From Fistulifera solaris (taxonomy: Eukaryota): a stretch of DNA of 64,000 nucleotides. Within the stretch, counting starts at the first letter, position 1. Every line of letters begins with the position of its first letter. Positions 11,806 through 23,580 of this stretch are shown in pieces. The position numbers and the translations under genes are program-made. The stretch is from assembly GCA_030295235.1 (NCBI GenBank), contig AP026132.1:620001-684000 (forward strand), in the 5' to 3' direction. The notes beneath the pieces were generated by a model. The model was not told where the DNA came from. It did no database searches and was given only the letters and a program-made list of their open reading frames with translations.

Positions 11806-14751
11806 TCATTCGTGATTGCCATCGCTATCGTGGACGCTGATCGCTTCTCTCTCCATTTCGTTGGCAGCTTCATTTTGTAGCAATTCCGCTGTATTTACAG
11901 GAGTGTCCATTTCCAGCACCGCAAGATAATCATCGTCAGCATCGGTGGTGTTTGAGATAAAAGACTTAGAATCGTCTTCTCCAGGAATATCGACATAGTC
12001 GGCAGCGCAGGGTGCATTCAGAATTGCTTGTGTTTCGATTAACTCATCAATTTCTTCTCGCGCCTTAGACTCTTCTGGGATCGCAGCAAGATCTGCAAGT
12101 TCGGTGAGTTCCAATCCTTTGTATACGGGCCCCTGCATCCCCTCCTTGTCGATACTACCTAACGGATTTCTTGTTTCTACATAATTATCGAGAACCGTTG
12201 ACGGAGACACGTCGGACGTGACCGCGATAGCAAGTTCATCAGGGGCAGTTGTGTTACTTTTTGTGGAACCAATCGCAAACGCTTCAGTCTCAAAATTGCT
12301 TCGTAAAAGTCTCTCGCGTTCTTCCGAAATCTCATCGAAAGTCCTGATACCATCACTGCTTGCATTGACTAATGCGATAACATTACCTAGTATGTCGTGC
12401 TCTGTAAGCATCTGGTCTGTCTTCACGGGTGGTGCAATGAAATGGCCCGTTGTAGCCGCGCTGGATGCGTGGTCTTCGCTCTCGCCATTATCATCGTGAA
12501 TACTCTTTTCATCAATTGTTAGATCATCTATTTCGGGGATATCCACTGAATTAGCACCCGGCGGAGCATTCATGATTGCCTCTGTTTCAATCATCTCGGC
12601 CTTTGCTGCTTCAAGTATATCTTTGATGTGGCGCTCGTAATCATCGTATGTGAAAATCGAGGACGATACTACTTGATCTTCATTGGCTTCGCTTGATAGA
12701 GAATCGTTATCGCGTCGACTGCTTTCCCACGTTCCTACAAGAACATGAGATGAAAAGTCAAGAGCCTCGGGTCCTTCCCCATCAGTATTGCCATGCGACA
12801 AAGCGTCTTTTAATGATAAGACTTGCGTCGTTTCAGCCTCGCTTTCGGAGGTGTCTTTTGTGAAGTGAATCGACTGATCAACCGCGTCATCGTCGCTTTC
12901 GTTTTCGTGCCTAACTCCATTCACAACAGACTCTATTTTGTTGCCCAAAAGAAAAGATGTGTAGGTATCGCCATCGATCGACATAAATGCTTGCGGCGTA
13001 GGAACCGCGGTAGATGGAGGAACGAGCTCATGGGGAAGTGCCCCCTCTAGAAGCGATGCATCAGCCACAAATTGCGCAACATCGCTACTACTCTCGAGAT
13101 TCGCAGTTGCAAATGCACCGGGAAGAGAGACTCTGCGTGAAACGCGTACTCCACGAGTGGACTCGACCATAATCGATTTCTGCGAAAGGTTTTCCAGGCG
13201 ATCCATCTGGTTACTTGTCAATTTGTATTTGATCATTTCATTAGCCGCCTTTTGAACTAGCTCTCGATGCTCCTCTGCTCTCCGTTTTTCTTCTTGTTCA
13301 CGTTCCAAACGCTCTTGTTCTTCCATCTCTTTTCTCTGTTTCTCTTCTTCCATTTGCTCAATCTCTTGCACGGAATAACCTCGGAGCGGAAAGATGCTGT
13401 CCTCGAGCATACCGTCTTTCACTCGAGCCGAAGAAATCGGAAATTGATCCAAACTATGCATCCATCGCACTGAACCTGCATTCGATTCGGCAATCAACGT
13501 GTCCACCATCAAGGGATCTTCCCCTTTACCGTACGACTCATTGTCGTACGGATCAAGAAACTGTTTGGCGAGATCAAACAATCCTTGATAACCAATCGTC
13601 AGCAAACCCGTACCCAGAACACAAAGCAAACCCGACATTCCCGATGAAAACGCCATGAGCGGATACATCCAAAGCACCAAGTCAACCAACACTTGTACTA
13701 TGTGCGTATAAGCAAGAGGCATTCGTCCATGTAGTTCATCGCCAATGGCTCCATACGACGCACGCGTCACGTGGGCCTTTTCCAAAAATTGATCTTCAAA
13801 ACCAGCACCTCCCGTAAACAAACCTGCTTCTCTCCCTTCCACAAAGGCTCTCATAATCCAAAGCAGGACAGCATTGTGTCGCTGTGTCGCCGGAAGCTTG
13901 CTTTCCGTCAAAATCACGCGTTCTTCGGGTGTCATTAACCCTCGATCGACCAGTCGTCGCATTCCCATGGGGGTCAAGATAGGTCGATGCGATCGAGTAA
14001 AAGATGCGTACGTAAGCAAATTAAACAAACGTACCCACCGTGCGACAACTTGCAGCAGTTGTCGACTCTCTTTGGTGTATCTTGTGGGCGCATACGGATC
14101 ACTGCCTTGTTGTCGGACGGCATGTACCGCCAAGGTCATATCCATATCGTGCAGTCGCCCCTGCAAACGACGACTCAGATCGTAACATTTTCTCCATAGT
14201 GCGTATGATTGATTGACAAAGAATGTCAGGGTAAACGTCGTGACCGAAAGCAACTGACCCCACAAAATATGAAACCCTGACAGGGTTTCTTTGACGGTAC
14301 TCGGATACGTCCGGCACAAGACAAAGATGAGACACGCGTAGACCATCTTGGCCACACACGAATCCCACGTTTCGGAAAAGATTGTTCCTTTCCATCGCTT
14401 CCAGATCCAGCCGCTACTGGGGTCAAACTGCATCATGATGGGTCGTCTAGCGCTGGTTCGTACGCTTTCGTCGATTAAATAGTCAAGTAGATATTGCGTC
14501 GATGCTTGTTCGATAATGGATTCCGGTGTATTGAGAACCATGTTTCGTTTCACAGATGATGTAAAGAGAGGGGAATACTTGTACGGTTGAAACGCTTTTG
14601 TAGGTACAATCAAAAGAGCCGCAAGGAGTAAATAAGAACGATACGAATTGTTTCGTATCCATTTTACCGATCGGATATTACTTTGTTGTCGATGGTTGAG
14701 GCAACTTTGTGACTGTAAGTCATCGTATGACCGCTGCGTGAATTCAATCAT
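11806..14751 (-). CDS. Bestrophin-like anion channel, probably plastid-targeted, with a ~500-aa acidic C-terminal tail
   Basis: Signal peptide ending PTKA-F; TTFTLTFFVNQSY..W, MPLAYTHIVQ, YQGLFDLAKQFLDPYDNE match bestrophin/YneE-type motifs. Confidence 0.8.
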   Translation of the reverse strand: MIEFTQRSYDDLQSQSCLNHRQQSNIRSVKWIRNNSYRSYLLLAALLIVPTKAFQPYKYSPLFTSSVKRNMVLNTPESIIEQASTQYLLDYLIDESVRTSARRPIMMQFDPSSGWIWKRWKGTIFSETWDSCVAKMVYACLIFVLCRTYPSTVKETLSGFHILWGQLLSVTTFTLTFFVNQSYALWRKCYDLSRRLQGRLHDMDMTLAVHAVRQQGSDPYAPTRYTKESRQLLQVVARWVRLFNLLTYASFTRSHRPILTPMGMRRLVDRGLMTPEERVILTESKLPATQRHNAVLLWIMRAFVEGREAGLFTGGAGFEDQFLEKAHVTRASYGAIGDELHGRMPLAYTHIVQVLVDLVLWMYPLMAFSSGMSGLLCVLGTGLLTIGYQGLFDLAKQFLDPYDNESYGKGEDPLMVDTLIAESNAGSVRWMHSLDQFPISSARVKDGMLEDSIFPLRGYSVQEIEQMEEEKQRKEMEEQERLEREQEEKRRAEEHRELVQKAANEMIKYKLTSNQMDRLENLSQKSIMVESTRGVRVSRRVSLPGAFATANLESSSDVAQFVADASLLEGALPHELVPPSTAVPTPQAFMSIDGDTYTSFLLGNKIESVVNGVRHENESDDDAVDQSIHFTKDTSESEAETTQVLSLKDALSHGNTDGEGPEALDFSSHVLVGTWESSRRDNDSLSSEANEDQVVSSSIFTYDDYERHIKDILEAAKAEMIETEAIMNAPPGANSVDIPEIDDLTIDEKSIHDDNGESEDHASSAATTGHFIAPPVKTDQMLTEHDILGNVIALVNASSDGIRTFDEISEERERLLRSNFETEAFAIGSTKSNTTAPDELAIAVTSDVSPSTVLDNYVETRNPLGSIDKEGMQGPVYKGLELTELADLAAIPEESKAREEIDELIETQAILNAPCAADYVDIPGEDDSKSFISNTTDADDDYLAVLEMDTPVNTAELLQNEAANEMEREAISVHDSDGNHE

Positions 14752-15208
14752 ATTACTCTATTCTTTGGCTTCCAAATGATCTGTGTATTGCTTTCAAGAC
14801 TATTTACTATTCATGACTCCTCTTCTTCCATTTCTCCTGCAGGCAGCGTTTTCACGCAAATGCACTCCGACAAAAAAAAACGCGACGATGATGCTGTTCA
14901 TTTTTCCTCGTCCGCTCTCCCAATCCCAACGGAAACTTTTGCTATGTCTAGTTTAAGGTGAGAATTGGTACGACACCCAGGTGTGTGACACGGATACTAA
15001 TTACTGGTACAGTAAAATAATAGTCACTTGTGTTGTGAAGAATCATTACCATAGTAGCAAAGTCTGGCGTGACATGCAGCGTGCAGCGTGACTCGATCGC
15101 CCTCCTGTAAAAACCGCGCATCGCAACGCAACTTTTTTATTTTGCATCTCTTTTTATAATGAATGTTTTCATGATCATGCGAACGATCCTTAAATCATTT
15201 AGAGTAGG

Positions 15209-16198
15209 ATGATCCCTCGTCTTCTCCGAGTATTGCGACTAAGTGTGTTCTTTCTTGTGTCCTTTTCCGAATTCTCGACGGCATTTTGCGGCAAAAATCG
15301 ATTCGTGTCGTCGTCTCGTCTCCTTTCATCGACCGACAGCCCAGACAAATCATCGACCTCATTCGAACGCATCATGGATTTACCCTTGACACGGAAAGCT
15401 GACAATCATCCCGTCAAAGTATTAGGTGTTTGTGGAGGAATTGGGGCGGGTAAAAGTGCCGCCTGTAAGCTATTGGTGTCGCAACTCAATGTTCTAGCTC
15501 ACATAGGTACGAAGGAAATGAATATTTCGAGAGTTCTGTTCTTGCAATCTTGCTGATTTTTCAGTTCTTCTACTTTTCTTCTCTCTTTTCCTTTACATGA
15601 AGACACAGATTCCATCGCTCATACCGTTTATGAACCAACCAGTCCAGTCGTCGAGCAGGTTCGACGAGCTTTTGGCGACGAAATAATGGCTCCGGACGGT
15701 CTTATCGACCGTAAGAAACTAGGGAGTATTGTCTTTGCCGATAGGGAGGCCATGCGTACGTTGGAAGCCATGGTTTGGCCGCAGGTACAGTTGGAAATTG
15801 AAAAGCGGATACAAAGGATCCGTTTTGAGTGGCTGACTTCGAGTAGTTCTGATGCTTCCCTTTCCTCCAAAGAACCGGTCATCGTTGTAGAAGCGGCAGT
15901 ATTGCTAGATGCAGGGTGGCAGCACACCTTTCTCGATGCGGTTTGGGTAATAACTGTACCGCAGGAGGTCGCTTTGCAGCGCATGATGGAGAATCGAGGA
16001 CTGTCGCGGGAGGAAGCCTTGAAACGTATCGGAGCACAACAGAGTCGCCGAGGGATTGGGAATCTTTCCGATGAGTCAGCTAAAGGTGTTGTGACCGCCC
16101 AGATTGATAACAGCGGGACGTTGGAAGAACTACATGAGTCTCTTTCTTTGCAACTAAAGAACCCTGCTGCTTGGTACGAGGAGTCGGGGTTGATATAA
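15209..16198 (+). CDS. coaE: Dephospho-CoA kinase with bipartite plastid presequence; intron 15507-15602
   Basis: GVCGGIGAGKS P-loop; spliced HIDTDSIAH; IDRKKLGSIVF, VVEAAVLLDAGW, IDNSG; signal peptide ending STA-F. Confidence 0.9.
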
Positions 16199-16236
16199 TA
16201 AAAGCTACCATTACAATATAACTCTTTTGTATAGCA

Positions 16237-17484
16237 TTAGAGCCCCATATCTCGCATATCCTCTTGTATACGCTTTTCAGGATCATACTCCTCTTCATCC
16301 TCATCGCTCTCCATATGAATGCTACTCGGCAGGAATGGATCATTCGCTTGTTCTTCCAGTTCGTCAAGATCGGGCAAGGGATACCGCAATATAGCGGCGA
16401 CACCCGACACCTGTTGCAACTGTTGACCCGAAACGTGCATCGAACTAAAAACATAAACTTTACCGCCATGTTCTCGGACCGATTCGACCAAGGCTACGTA
16501 TTTCTTCCGTGTAGCAACGTTCGAATTGCGAAAAAGTTCATCGGTCACCAGTAACGAATCAATGGCTAGTTGTTCATGCGCCTGGGCAACATGATGGTAT
16601 CCATAATAAGCTCGATCGGGATCTGTCGACATGAGCCGCATAAATGTATTCAAAACTTGCACTTCTTTGGCTACTTTAGTTTCCGTCATTTGCGATAATA
16701 TCGTCGGATCGGCAAAGACTTCTTCCAACGCATGTTTGTGTCCTGAACTCGCCCGACACAGCACAAACTTGGACTTGTGTTCCAGTAATACCTTATCTTC
16801 TCTCCGCATCGCCTGTTCTTGCATATATTTGTAGAAGTCATCTTTCACGAAACCTGGTGAAGCGAGTATGACACATTTGACTTTTTGGAAATCGACATGC
16901 CGTAAAACCGCTTGATAGACGGCTTCGTAAAACTTTGTCGTCGCTTTTGCATGATTGCTGCTACCCGTCCGTTTTTTGGGAATATTGGTTTCAATTCGTG
17001 CTTTTGTGACAGTGAGTGCGCCTGTGACTAGGCACACGTGTGCGAGGCCACTCTGCATAACAATCGCTGCGACTTCGGCTTGTCGATCGGGATGACAGGC
17101 TTCGTCAATTAAATCCAGATACACTTGATCCCAGCATTGCTTTTCGACACTAAAATTTTGATTCAATTCCAGCGTTAACGTATGGTATGCTCCCATGCGA
17201 ACAAAATCACTTTCCGCTTGGACAGTTCCGGACAGGCGGACTTGCAAGACATCGGCGTCGAAATCAACCTTTTCGACGGTCACCGTCAACATCATACGTT
17301 TCTTATTGCTCTGTGTACTGCCCGTCGAACTCTCTTTCGTGACTTTGCGGACCGTCGTGCAGCGAACACAGTCACCCACTTGCAACAAGTTGTACGCATG
17401 CCAGAGATCTTCGGAGGTGTCGGGCCGTAGTAAGACAGTGCCGCTGCCGTCTTTCGCGCTGATTTGCTTTTTCAGTAGCTTCAT
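16237..17484 (-). CDS. PELO: Pelota/Dom34 ribosome rescue factor
   Basis: EDLWHAYNL, GAYHTL, ILASPGFVK, RAYYG, LLVTDELFR, SSMHVSGQQL, GVAAILRYP. Confidence 0.97.
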   Translation of the reverse strand: MKLLKKQISAKDGSGTVLLRPDTSEDLWHAYNLLQVGDCVRCTTVRKVTKESSTGSTQSNKKRMMLTVTVEKVDFDADVLQVRLSGTVQAESDFVRMGAYHTLTLELNQNFSVEKQCWDQVYLDLIDEACHPDRQAEVAAIVMQSGLAHVCLVTGALTVTKARIETNIPKKRTGSSNHAKATTKFYEAVYQAVLRHVDFQKVKCVILASPGFVKDDFYKYMQEQAMRREDKVLLEHKSKFVLCRASSGHKHALEEVFADPTILSQMTETKVAKEVQVLNTFMRLMSTDPDRAYYGYHHVAQAHEQLAIDSLLVTDELFRNSNVATRKKYVALVESVREHGGKVYVFSSMHVSGQQLQQVSGVAAILRYPLPDLDELEEQANDPFLPSSIHMESDEDEEEYDPEKRIQEDMRDMGL

Positions 17485-18182
17485 TGTTTAGTTAAGTAGT
17501 TGTGTATTGCTATTTGAAAGGAAATAAACAAAGAGAATGCAAGGAATGTACCGCAGGTAGGCTATCATAAAAATGATTGATGTGCAAATAATCGCATGTC
17601 GTGCAATGTTTCATATCAGCTTGTCTTACCGGTATCAAAAACTATAAAAATGAATCGCGGAGCGAGCCTCCGTCGAAATTTGTTTACTATATTCACAAAT
17701 TGTTGGAGCAATTTGCCGTGACTGCATTTCAATCATGAGTTTCGAACCGTATTATTTTAGAGACTAAATATTTTTATCTTCCAGCATGAATCTAAACGGT
17801 AAACGCTTCCAGCAACAGCACCAGTGTCACAGCAGCAATATTGATCAGTTTAGCATGTTAGGGATTGATGTCGGGGATGAAGCTCAGAAAATAATTATAA
17901 ACCGAAAAAATGAGTCGGTCCACTTTCACCTCAAGACTACATGTTACATGTTCCGTCATCCGTCATACCTGGTAATGATCTAAAAATGTCCATAACCTTA
18001 GCGCACCCGACGTCGCGTCATTGCTTTGGAAGCACATAATGAAAGCAAAACACTTGCGTTGATTGTGAGACCGGCTTATTTTGATTATTCTCCTTATCTT
18101 TTGTAACAAACAAGTTCTTCAAAGAGAGAACGAAACAGAAATGCGGAACACTCACGAAACACGACAATTGTAAGCAAATACT

Positions 18183-18818
18183 ATGGCGACGAACACACGA
18201 ACGTGTCCTCATAGCTGTTTCTTCGTCGAGGTCCCTGAACGGATGCGGCATCACTCCTCACTTCGTCTCATGGGATGGGCAGTATCGTGGCAGAACGAAA
18301 CATCTGATTATACGGAAATAACATTAGACGATGGCACGGGGTTGGTGGTGATACATGTACCGCAATACATGATACAGAAATGTCGAGCGAGTGCGCACGA
18401 AACATTTCTGGGAAAGTTGCTGGATTGCATCGTTCGAGTAGAGTATCTTTCATCACCTCAACAACCGCCAGAGTGTATTTTAAAGGCCGATCAAATAGCA
18501 ATTCACGACGACGATCCGCATGCGGAACTCGTACGGTGGTTTGAACTCTCGTGGCAACAACGTGATCTCTCGAATCAAAACGTATCCATGGAGAACGGAT
18601 TTCCCGTCCCGAAACTAACGCCGGAGGATTTTCTAGAAATGATTCAACTGGATTGTAGCATGAGTGAAGACGATCAGAATCCACCGGCTGGAGTTTCCAT
18701 GGAAGATTTGGCGCTCTTCTTTCAACTCGATCAAGGAACGGTAGAGGAATTTCTGGCCGAACTGCAATTATCAGCTCAGATTTACCAAAACCAGCAAGGC
18801 AATTATCTTCCTCTATAG
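18183..18818 (+). CDS. OB-fold + C-terminal winged-helix protein (STN1/RPA2-like)
   Basis: LRLMGWAV..ITLDDGTG OB motif; DPHAELVRWFE helix; C-terminal GVSMEDL...VEEFLAELQLSAQIYQ..Y winged-helix pattern. Confidence 0.65.
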   Translation: MATNTRTCPHSCFFVEVPERMRHHSSLRLMGWAVSWQNETSDYTEITLDDGTGLVVIHVPQYMIQKCRASAHETFLGKLLDCIVRVEYLSSPQQPPECILKADQIAIHDDDPHAELVRWFELSWQQRDLSNQNVSMENGFPVPKLTPEDFLEMIQLDCSMSEDDQNPPAGVSMEDLALFFQLDQGTVEEFLAELQLSAQIYQNQQGNYLPL

Positions 18819-18903
18819 AAAGTGAAGCGAGGCAAAAACACGAAAAAAGCAACGATTGCGGTTCCTATAATGGTGGCGACTGCGGTTCCTATAAAATCGC
18901 CTA

Positions 18904-20381
18904 TTAGGTACAACTACCCGTCACGAGTGGAAAATCACTGGTTTCGCTGGCCACCAACCAACCCGACAAGGGTCCCTGGGACAAGACGTCCCGCTTCCGG
19001 GTGGCATAGGACTTGCTACCCGTTTGCTGCTTCCATTCTTGGTAGCTTGGGGACTGCCGTTGTGGTTCCATATTATCATGACTGCGACTCGTCGCCAATT
19101 CAAACAGACTCGATCGACTCAAGCGCGACCGCAGTTGAAAAATATCATCGTCCGTTTTGGGTTTCTTTCCTTGTCGAATGCCACGAGCGCCCACAAGCAA
19201 TTCCACGGCCGCGGGTGGATCGCACTGTTGCCAGTGAACGGCCATTCCACATGACGTAAACAATGCCGCTTTCCCCTTGCAAGAGCCATCTTCCTCTCGT
19301 TTGCGCTTCTTGCCTTGTGTAATTTCACTTGCTTCCGATGACGTCGATACCACGAAAGAAGAGTGTTCGACGACGGATTTGTCTTTGCAAATACATGCTC
19401 TGTCATGGATACTTTTGGAACGAGAGAAGGCTCGTCGTTGTGTTCAATCGAATGGAGAGATTGCACCGTCAAAACCACCCGCTGAGGAATGGCACGCTCA
19501 ATCGCTTTTTGATGTTCAGAGACCGACACGGCCCGCGGATCCACACTCACCACTATACCGGTGATGCGAATAGGTTGGGGAATTAGCCCACTCAAAGCTT
19601 GTCCTTGCAGTCCCAGGACACTCCATCGAACCAGCTTGTCACTGCAGGACATGGAAAAGGATCGACGGGATGATTCTAGATTCGACCGTCCTGATTTGGA
19701 ACGCAGTTGTCCGACGGATTGTGCTTGTGGTTCGCGTACTAAATGCTGTTGGCTGTTGTGCGACTGCAGTAGCGGACCACCAGTTTCTGCAACTTCCGTT
19801 GCGTCGGACGACGAGACAATTACTTTGGCCCCCGTAAACAATAGTTCCGACGGAGGATGGGTGTTATTTGTCGACTTGTTGTCACTCTTCGATTTGTCAT
19901 CATTGACTCGTACTGGATAAATTGAAGCGTCACCGCAAGGAGAATCGGAAATGTACATGTAAAGTTGCAATTTTTCTCTCAAACGCCACATCTCCGTTAG
20001 TTGATTGTTGTTATCCTCCGATGTTTGATTCGGAATGCGCTCGAGAAGCCGTCGTCGTAAAGTCACCATCGATGCGCCGGACGAGGAGCTGATAATTTCG
20101 TGCCACAATACGCGTATCAATCCCCGGCGCACCAGTACTTCCGCATGCGCATCGTGCACAATGTGACCACGACAGCGCTGAGCGGTACATTTCGTGCCAG
20201 TAGCACTGCACACGACCCACATATCGCCCTGCATCACACCGATGAGGGCCGCATAAACGGTCCATTCGCGGTCGCCTGGTTTTCCTTTGGTAGGTAGCTC
20301 ATTTGTGTAATGAGACAAAGCTAGTTGGGCTATCCGATTCGCAAAACCATCCGACATTCTTTTGATAGAAGTCCTTTTCAT
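18904..20381 (-). CDS. ADAT1: tRNA-specific adenosine deaminase ADAT1/TAD1-like; frameshift near 19350
   Basis: ATGTKC, HDAHAEVLVRR, LYMYISDSPCGDASI, TGAK, LRSKSGR, SMSCSDKLVRWSVLGLQG; C-terminus (GARG..QG, SRLSR, Y.EWK) in the second frame. Confidence 0.88.
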
Positions 20382-20785
20382 TAAAGAGACGTTTCAAGCA
20401 ACAATTTTCCTTTTGAAAAGAAACTTGGTTTCATTATTTGATTGCGATGCGTGTTTTTCTTTCCAGTAATGAATGGAGGTAGAAATTACGGGTACCGTAT
20501 AGACACAAACAGGTTGTTTGAATCATTAATGAGTGCCGGTTGAAATTACAGTGCTATGAAAAAACATGTCGCTCGTCGCAGCCCCGCGCGCGCATCAAGA
20601 CATTTTTTCCCTTGCATCAACGACAAAAATAGATCGCATCCGCTCATTATTGCGAAAGGTAGTTAAAGAGAGTCAGTCATCGCGTGATTTGTGTGATCTT
20701 TGCATATCATTATCATTAATTTACTAGTTATTAAACTTGGCTTCCAAGTCTATTTCCTTCTGGCTTTGTCGGCACTTTGAACAAC

Positions 20786-22209
20786 ATGACGGATCGTCGC
20801 ATGCTCAAGAAGAACTTTGTGACGGCAGCACGAGATCCGTTTCGCGTGGCCCAAGTACTACGAATTCCTCCTATTGCGCCGACGAAAGGCACTCCGCCTC
20901 CGACATCAAATCCCGAAACGCTAGAAATTGGAGGAACGGATTGGGGACCGGTCCTGACGGCGTGGTTGGATGCCTACCAAGCGGCGGAAGCGGTACGTGA
21001 GCGTGTTGTTGAAAAGTAAGTACCTCCTAAACTTCATTTTATTCTTATCTGTGAAACAAGGGGCACGCTGTTCTCGCTTACGACAGTCAAGCCAAATTGC
21101 ATGCCCATTTCAACAAATTGTTGGATAGTTCCGAAGGCAATCTGATGATACCGGCACTGCAATCCGTTTGTCGATCGACCCATCACATCGCCGTCGCTGC
21201 CGACCAAGAAGCTACGTCACAGGATCACGCTAAACTACACAACGCAGTTACTTTATTGCAGGAAAGTTTCAGTCGCACCATCAATGACCGCAAAGAATAT
21301 CATCCGGAGGCACCTCTCAGTGAAGAAGGATCCAAAAAAGCAGGTGTCTTGGCCATTGTCAACGAGCTGTTTGCCATTTACTTTCGTTTGAATACCTTGC
21401 GGTTGTGCCGAAATCTGTTGCGACCTGTAGAAACCAGAAAGTTGCACGAACAGGGAAGTATGGGACATCTAGTCACCTATCGTTACTATGTGGGGCGACT
21501 GTATCTGTTTGAAGATCAGTATCAAGAAGCCGAAGATCATTTAGAGTTTGCCTTTACCATGTGCCATAAAAAGGCCGTGCACAACAAGAAAGCTATTTTG
21601 CGCTATCTGGTCCCGGTTAAAATATTCCGGGGAAGATTGCCCAGTCCGCAATGTAAGACTTGATGCTATGCCGTTATCTTGTGCAGATGCACAAGATCCT
21701 CACTCACAAGTTGCCTTATTCAATTTTTCCAGTGCTTGCTAGATATGGTCTAGAAGAGTTTGTATCCATTGTCGACAGTATTCGTAAAGGAGACTTACGA
21801 ACATTCAATAACGCCTTGATTGAGTATCAGCATCGATTTATCCGGTAAGACGTCCATCGTGTTTTACTGTTTACTTTTTGATGGTTTTCCCCTGATGAGG
21901 ATTACTCATGCTTGCTGTTTTGATTAGACAAGGCACTTATTTGTTGCTCGAGAAATGCAAAAAGTGTGCTACCGAAATTTATTCAAACGTATCCATTACA
22001 TCGTAAACTCTTTCCAGATCCACCTAGCACATGTCCACAATTCCTTCAAGTGGTTGGGTATACCCATGGATCTGGATGAAATTGAATGCATTCTAGCAAA
22101 TTTAATTTATCAAGGTTTGATCCGCGGCTACCTCTCGCATGCGAAACGAATACTGGTACTCAGCAAGCGCGATCCTTTCCCAGTCTCTGCCGTTATACCA
22201 AAAGATTAA
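20786..22209 (+). CDS. PCID2: PCI domain-containing protein 2 (PCID2/THP1/CSN12-like), 4 exons
   Basis: IYFRLNTLRLC, VTYRYYVGRLYLF, A.LRYLVPV, DEIECILANLIYQGLIRGYLSH...LVLSKRDPFP; GT-AG introns near 20993-21060, 21653-21732, 21845-21928. Confidence 0.88.
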
Positions 22210-22251
22210 TTAATTAAAAATTCTCGACGCTAAGGTCTACGCGAAAATATT

Positions 22252-23282
22252 TCAACTGTCAATTAAAAGACGCTGATCCTGTCCATTGTGTTGTACAAAG
22301 CACTGCAACGACACGCGTACTCCAGTTTGAAATCCCACCGCAGCATGTGGCCGTTGCGCGCAAATTAAGATGAGATCACCGGGTGCCACCGCAATAGACA
22401 ACGGAGCACCGAGACAAAATCGAAGTCGCATTTGATCTTCGGCGTCTTGTGATGCCAATCCAGCCAACAACAGAGCATTGCGGTACCAATCCCAGCGTGA
22501 ACGAATTGCGACGGGCCATATTTCAAGAATCTTCTGTAGAGTAGAAGAGTCTGCATTCTCCCGTATATCGTCAGGCATTTGTAGGTATATATTAGCACTG
22601 AAAAGACCTTTCTGAGGGTTCAAAATACCCATCTCATCTACGTGAATGAAACCTTTTCGCCAACGTGTAGGACCTTTCATTATTCGAGGCAAACCACCAC
22701 CAAAGGGGCGTTTCTCACCCTTCGATTCCCGTGCCAATCCAGCTCCAGCAGGCCATGCTTCATCGAGGGACAGTCGCAGTAAATCGAGGGGCCACAAACG
22801 ATGTCGGACGCCATGTTCGGTTGCAACCGTCCGCCTCCTTTGTAGCTCTTTTGCACGCCTTCAAAATACTCATTCTCGGCTTGCGAGCGAATATCTTTTG
22901 GAGACGCTGCGACGACGTTATAAGGAGCATGTTGACCGAGCGTCGAAACATCGGAACTTTCTAGACCCCGACTCGTACTGACTTTCCAATTGCGAGCACC
23001 TGCTTCGTGTGCTAGTTCCTTCCCCAGTTCGATAGCAGCTTGCGAATCATAAAAACCTTTGACATGTATTGCTGTCGCCTGGTGCTGCATTAAGCGTTTC
23101 AAATCGGAAGTGTGGAGAACTTTGTGGCACGTGATGATTTCGGCGGCGGGTCCTTTGTCGAACGGTAATCCGCCATATCGTTTTTCAATCCATTGAAACA
23201 GCGTCCGTAGGGCTTGTGCTTTCTCTGCAGAGGAAGCCAGAAAAGATCCTGTATTCTTGAATCCTTGATTCATTCTTACCAC
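22252..23282 (-). CDS. Putative 2OG-Fe(II) dioxygenase-like (DSBH) protein; frameshift ~22840
   Basis: IHVDE (HxD), [25 protein letters not shown] (distal His) and RVSLQCF (RxS). Confidence 0.6.
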
Positions 23283-23317
23283 GGTGTTGTTTTTGATAAA
23301 AAATGTTTTAGACGAAC

Positions 23318-23366
23318 ATCATCATCATCATCATCATCATCATAATATGATATGATATGATATGAT
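23318..23366. repeat. Microsatellites (CAT)n and (ATATG)n in a divergent promoter
   Basis: Read directly. Confidence 0.9.
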
Positions 23367-23580
23367 AAAAACGCGACGAATAATCATCATCATCGGGACT
23401 TACGACGGAGATCCAGTCGTGCTAAATGCCTCATTTTTTATACGCGCTACGACGTCGAAACGTCGCGGCTTTTATTTTGAACGCTGCTGCGCTCTGCGCT
23501 GCGTGTTTTTCTATTCTTGACCATTAACTTCATCATGATGAACTCATAATACTTCTGATTGAAAGTGTGTTAACGGCAGA

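Noticed and set aside
18853..18893. Tandem duplication TGCGGTTCCTATAA between convergent genes
   Set aside because: Two copies only; probably a local slippage event
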